Translations under genes and position numbers: made by a program | DNA from: Lytechinus pictus | Lineage: Eukaryota | Direction: 5' to 3' | Assembly: GCF_037042905.1 (NCBI RefSeq) | Contig: NC_087260.1 | Coordinates: forward strand, 27,714,001-27,778,000 | Length of the DNA stretch: 64,000 bases | Shown here: one piece after another, positions 62,406-64,000 of the stretch | How the letters are laid out: each line of letters starts with the position of its first letter | Position numbering within the stretch: the first letter of the stretch is position 1 | The notes under the pieces: generated by a model | Database searches by the model: none | Seen by the model: the letters and a program-made list of their open reading frames with translations, nothing else | What the model was told of the DNA's origin: nothing

Positions 62406-63751
62406 TATCTGTAGCTCTCTCCGACACGAACAGTCTTACTGTATGAATTAGACTGACAAACTTTCCGGACAGCTTGCACGTGACTTTATAACGTTTTTTG
62501 TAAACCTTCATCAATTCGTTACACATGAATCTCAGCGAACATAACGTTTAAACACTGATTCAATTACGTCTTTAACATATAAATGTCTTTATGCATATAT
62601 TCAAAGTAGAGCGAAAATCGAAAATCAAATTGTTGATAAATAGAATCTTATAAAATTATGCACCGTACCAGTGCTAAATTGGCTCTGGTCAGGTGACTTT
62701 AAAGTAGTAATTATCACGATCGGGATATCACGCAGATTAAATACACAACAATTATATGCAATAAATGATATCTAATTTTCTTTCCAATATCATTTTGCTA
62801 TCACAACTTACATATTGTTTAATAGTTAAGCAAAGATGGTAACTATATTAGAAACAGCTGAGTACATTCACACCATGCAAATATGCCTACTCGATTAATA
62901 TTGATTTAGATTTGAGATGTACGGCTGTCATATGGTTCATTGTATGTACAAATTTCAAACTTTTGTATGTATATATGAAATGTTATACATGTCATGTATT
63001 ATCATTTTGAAATCTGATCGTTTGATAATTTTCTTGATAATGGTTGTTTTGAAATAAAGAAAACATAAAATTGAAGCTGTAAACATCACAATTAATGCTG
63101 CTTTTAGGATGTTCTTAAGCATGTTAAGTATACAAAGAGTGGTGTTTGTATTGTGTGTTAGGGCAAGTACATGCCTTCAAAATCTTTCCTTGAATATTTT
63201 GTGTGTTCTACATATTTTACTTCAAGCTTGACACTAAAATATAACACCATAACTACCACTCACGGATATACCATACAGCAATACAATGTTTTAATGTGAT
63301 CCGTGAAAGTGAGGGGGTTAAGACAAACACATTCGAGTCTCGAAGTGGATATTTAATCCATATATGCCAGCAATAGAGACCACTGCCTTGGTAGCCGGAC
63401 ACCGTCTTACTGGTACACAGGGCAAACAAATTGTTTGAAAAAACAAAGATACAGGGGCATTATGTACGTAAGGACTGGTGGTGACAATGTATCTATACTG
63501 CCATCGCTGACGTCATTCACACTAAATAAAATATGTCTGTGGTTAGTTCAATGACTCTGATAGTCCCATGTCAAATAATTGGCAACCTTTATGCAAATGG
63601 ACTTTCAAAACTGTCAATTTTTTGTAAAAAAAAACCCATAAAATATATTTGAAGTACATTGTATTGTATATTGGTTAAAAACAACAAGTGCACAACTAGT
63701 TACCACGAATGCGAATAGCATTTTCATTTATTTAAATGCAGGATAAAAGAT

Positions 63752-63846
63752 CATTGTCGATTAAATGCCTTGCTCATGGGCATAAGTGCCGCGGCCGGGA
63801 ATCGAACCCCGGACTTTCCATGTATAGTCAGGCGCCTTAGCCCCAC
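63752..63846 (-). mobile_element. tRNA-derived SINE fragment, family B
   Basis: Reverse complement reads AAGGCGCCTGACTATACATGGAAAGTCCGGGGTTCGATTCCCGGCCGCGGCAC..CCCATGAGCAAGGCATTTAA. Confidence 0.6.
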
Positions 63847-64000
63847 TTTTTTCTATTACTTTGAATCGCTTTCACGCATAATACGAATGTTGCTTCCAGC
63901 AAATATTTTCCATTCGTATTCGAATGGATGAAACAAAAACAAACACATAACAGCAAAACTTTTTGACGATTTATTTCAAGACCAATTTTGTGAATATTTG

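Overview
AT-rich, intron- and repeat-rich animal genomic DNA; the repeat landscape suggests a marine invertebrate such as a sea urchin (inference only). Three spliced genes can be built by hand with frame-consistent GT-AG junctions. (1) The 5' ~1,410 codons of MED12 (Mediator kinase-module subunit 12), - strand, 25 exons from ATG 39846 running off the left edge. (2) A 403-aa secreted coiled-coil + globular C1q protein, + strand, 49831-54002. (3) A 365-aa class A GPCR, - strand, 60680-58455, lacking the usual TM3-ECL2 disulfide and TM6 proline. The rest is tRNA-derived SINEs, non-autonomous DNA transposons/MITEs (hAT-like with 8-bp TSDs, TTAA-flanked, TA-flanked, CWG-flanked), minisatellites, microsatellites and two assembly gaps. 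The most notable signals are: a tandem duplicate of MED12 exon 13 with mostly synonymous divergence that could act as a mutually exclusive exon; dense palindromic TA-NNNN-TA 6-nt insertions (TACATGTA, TAGGCCTA) resembling transposon excision footprints, with TACATGTA nearly confined to the MED12 gene body; and one SINE head/core joined to three different 3' tails. No prokaryotic-type system (CRISPR etc.) is present. All counts are by eye.
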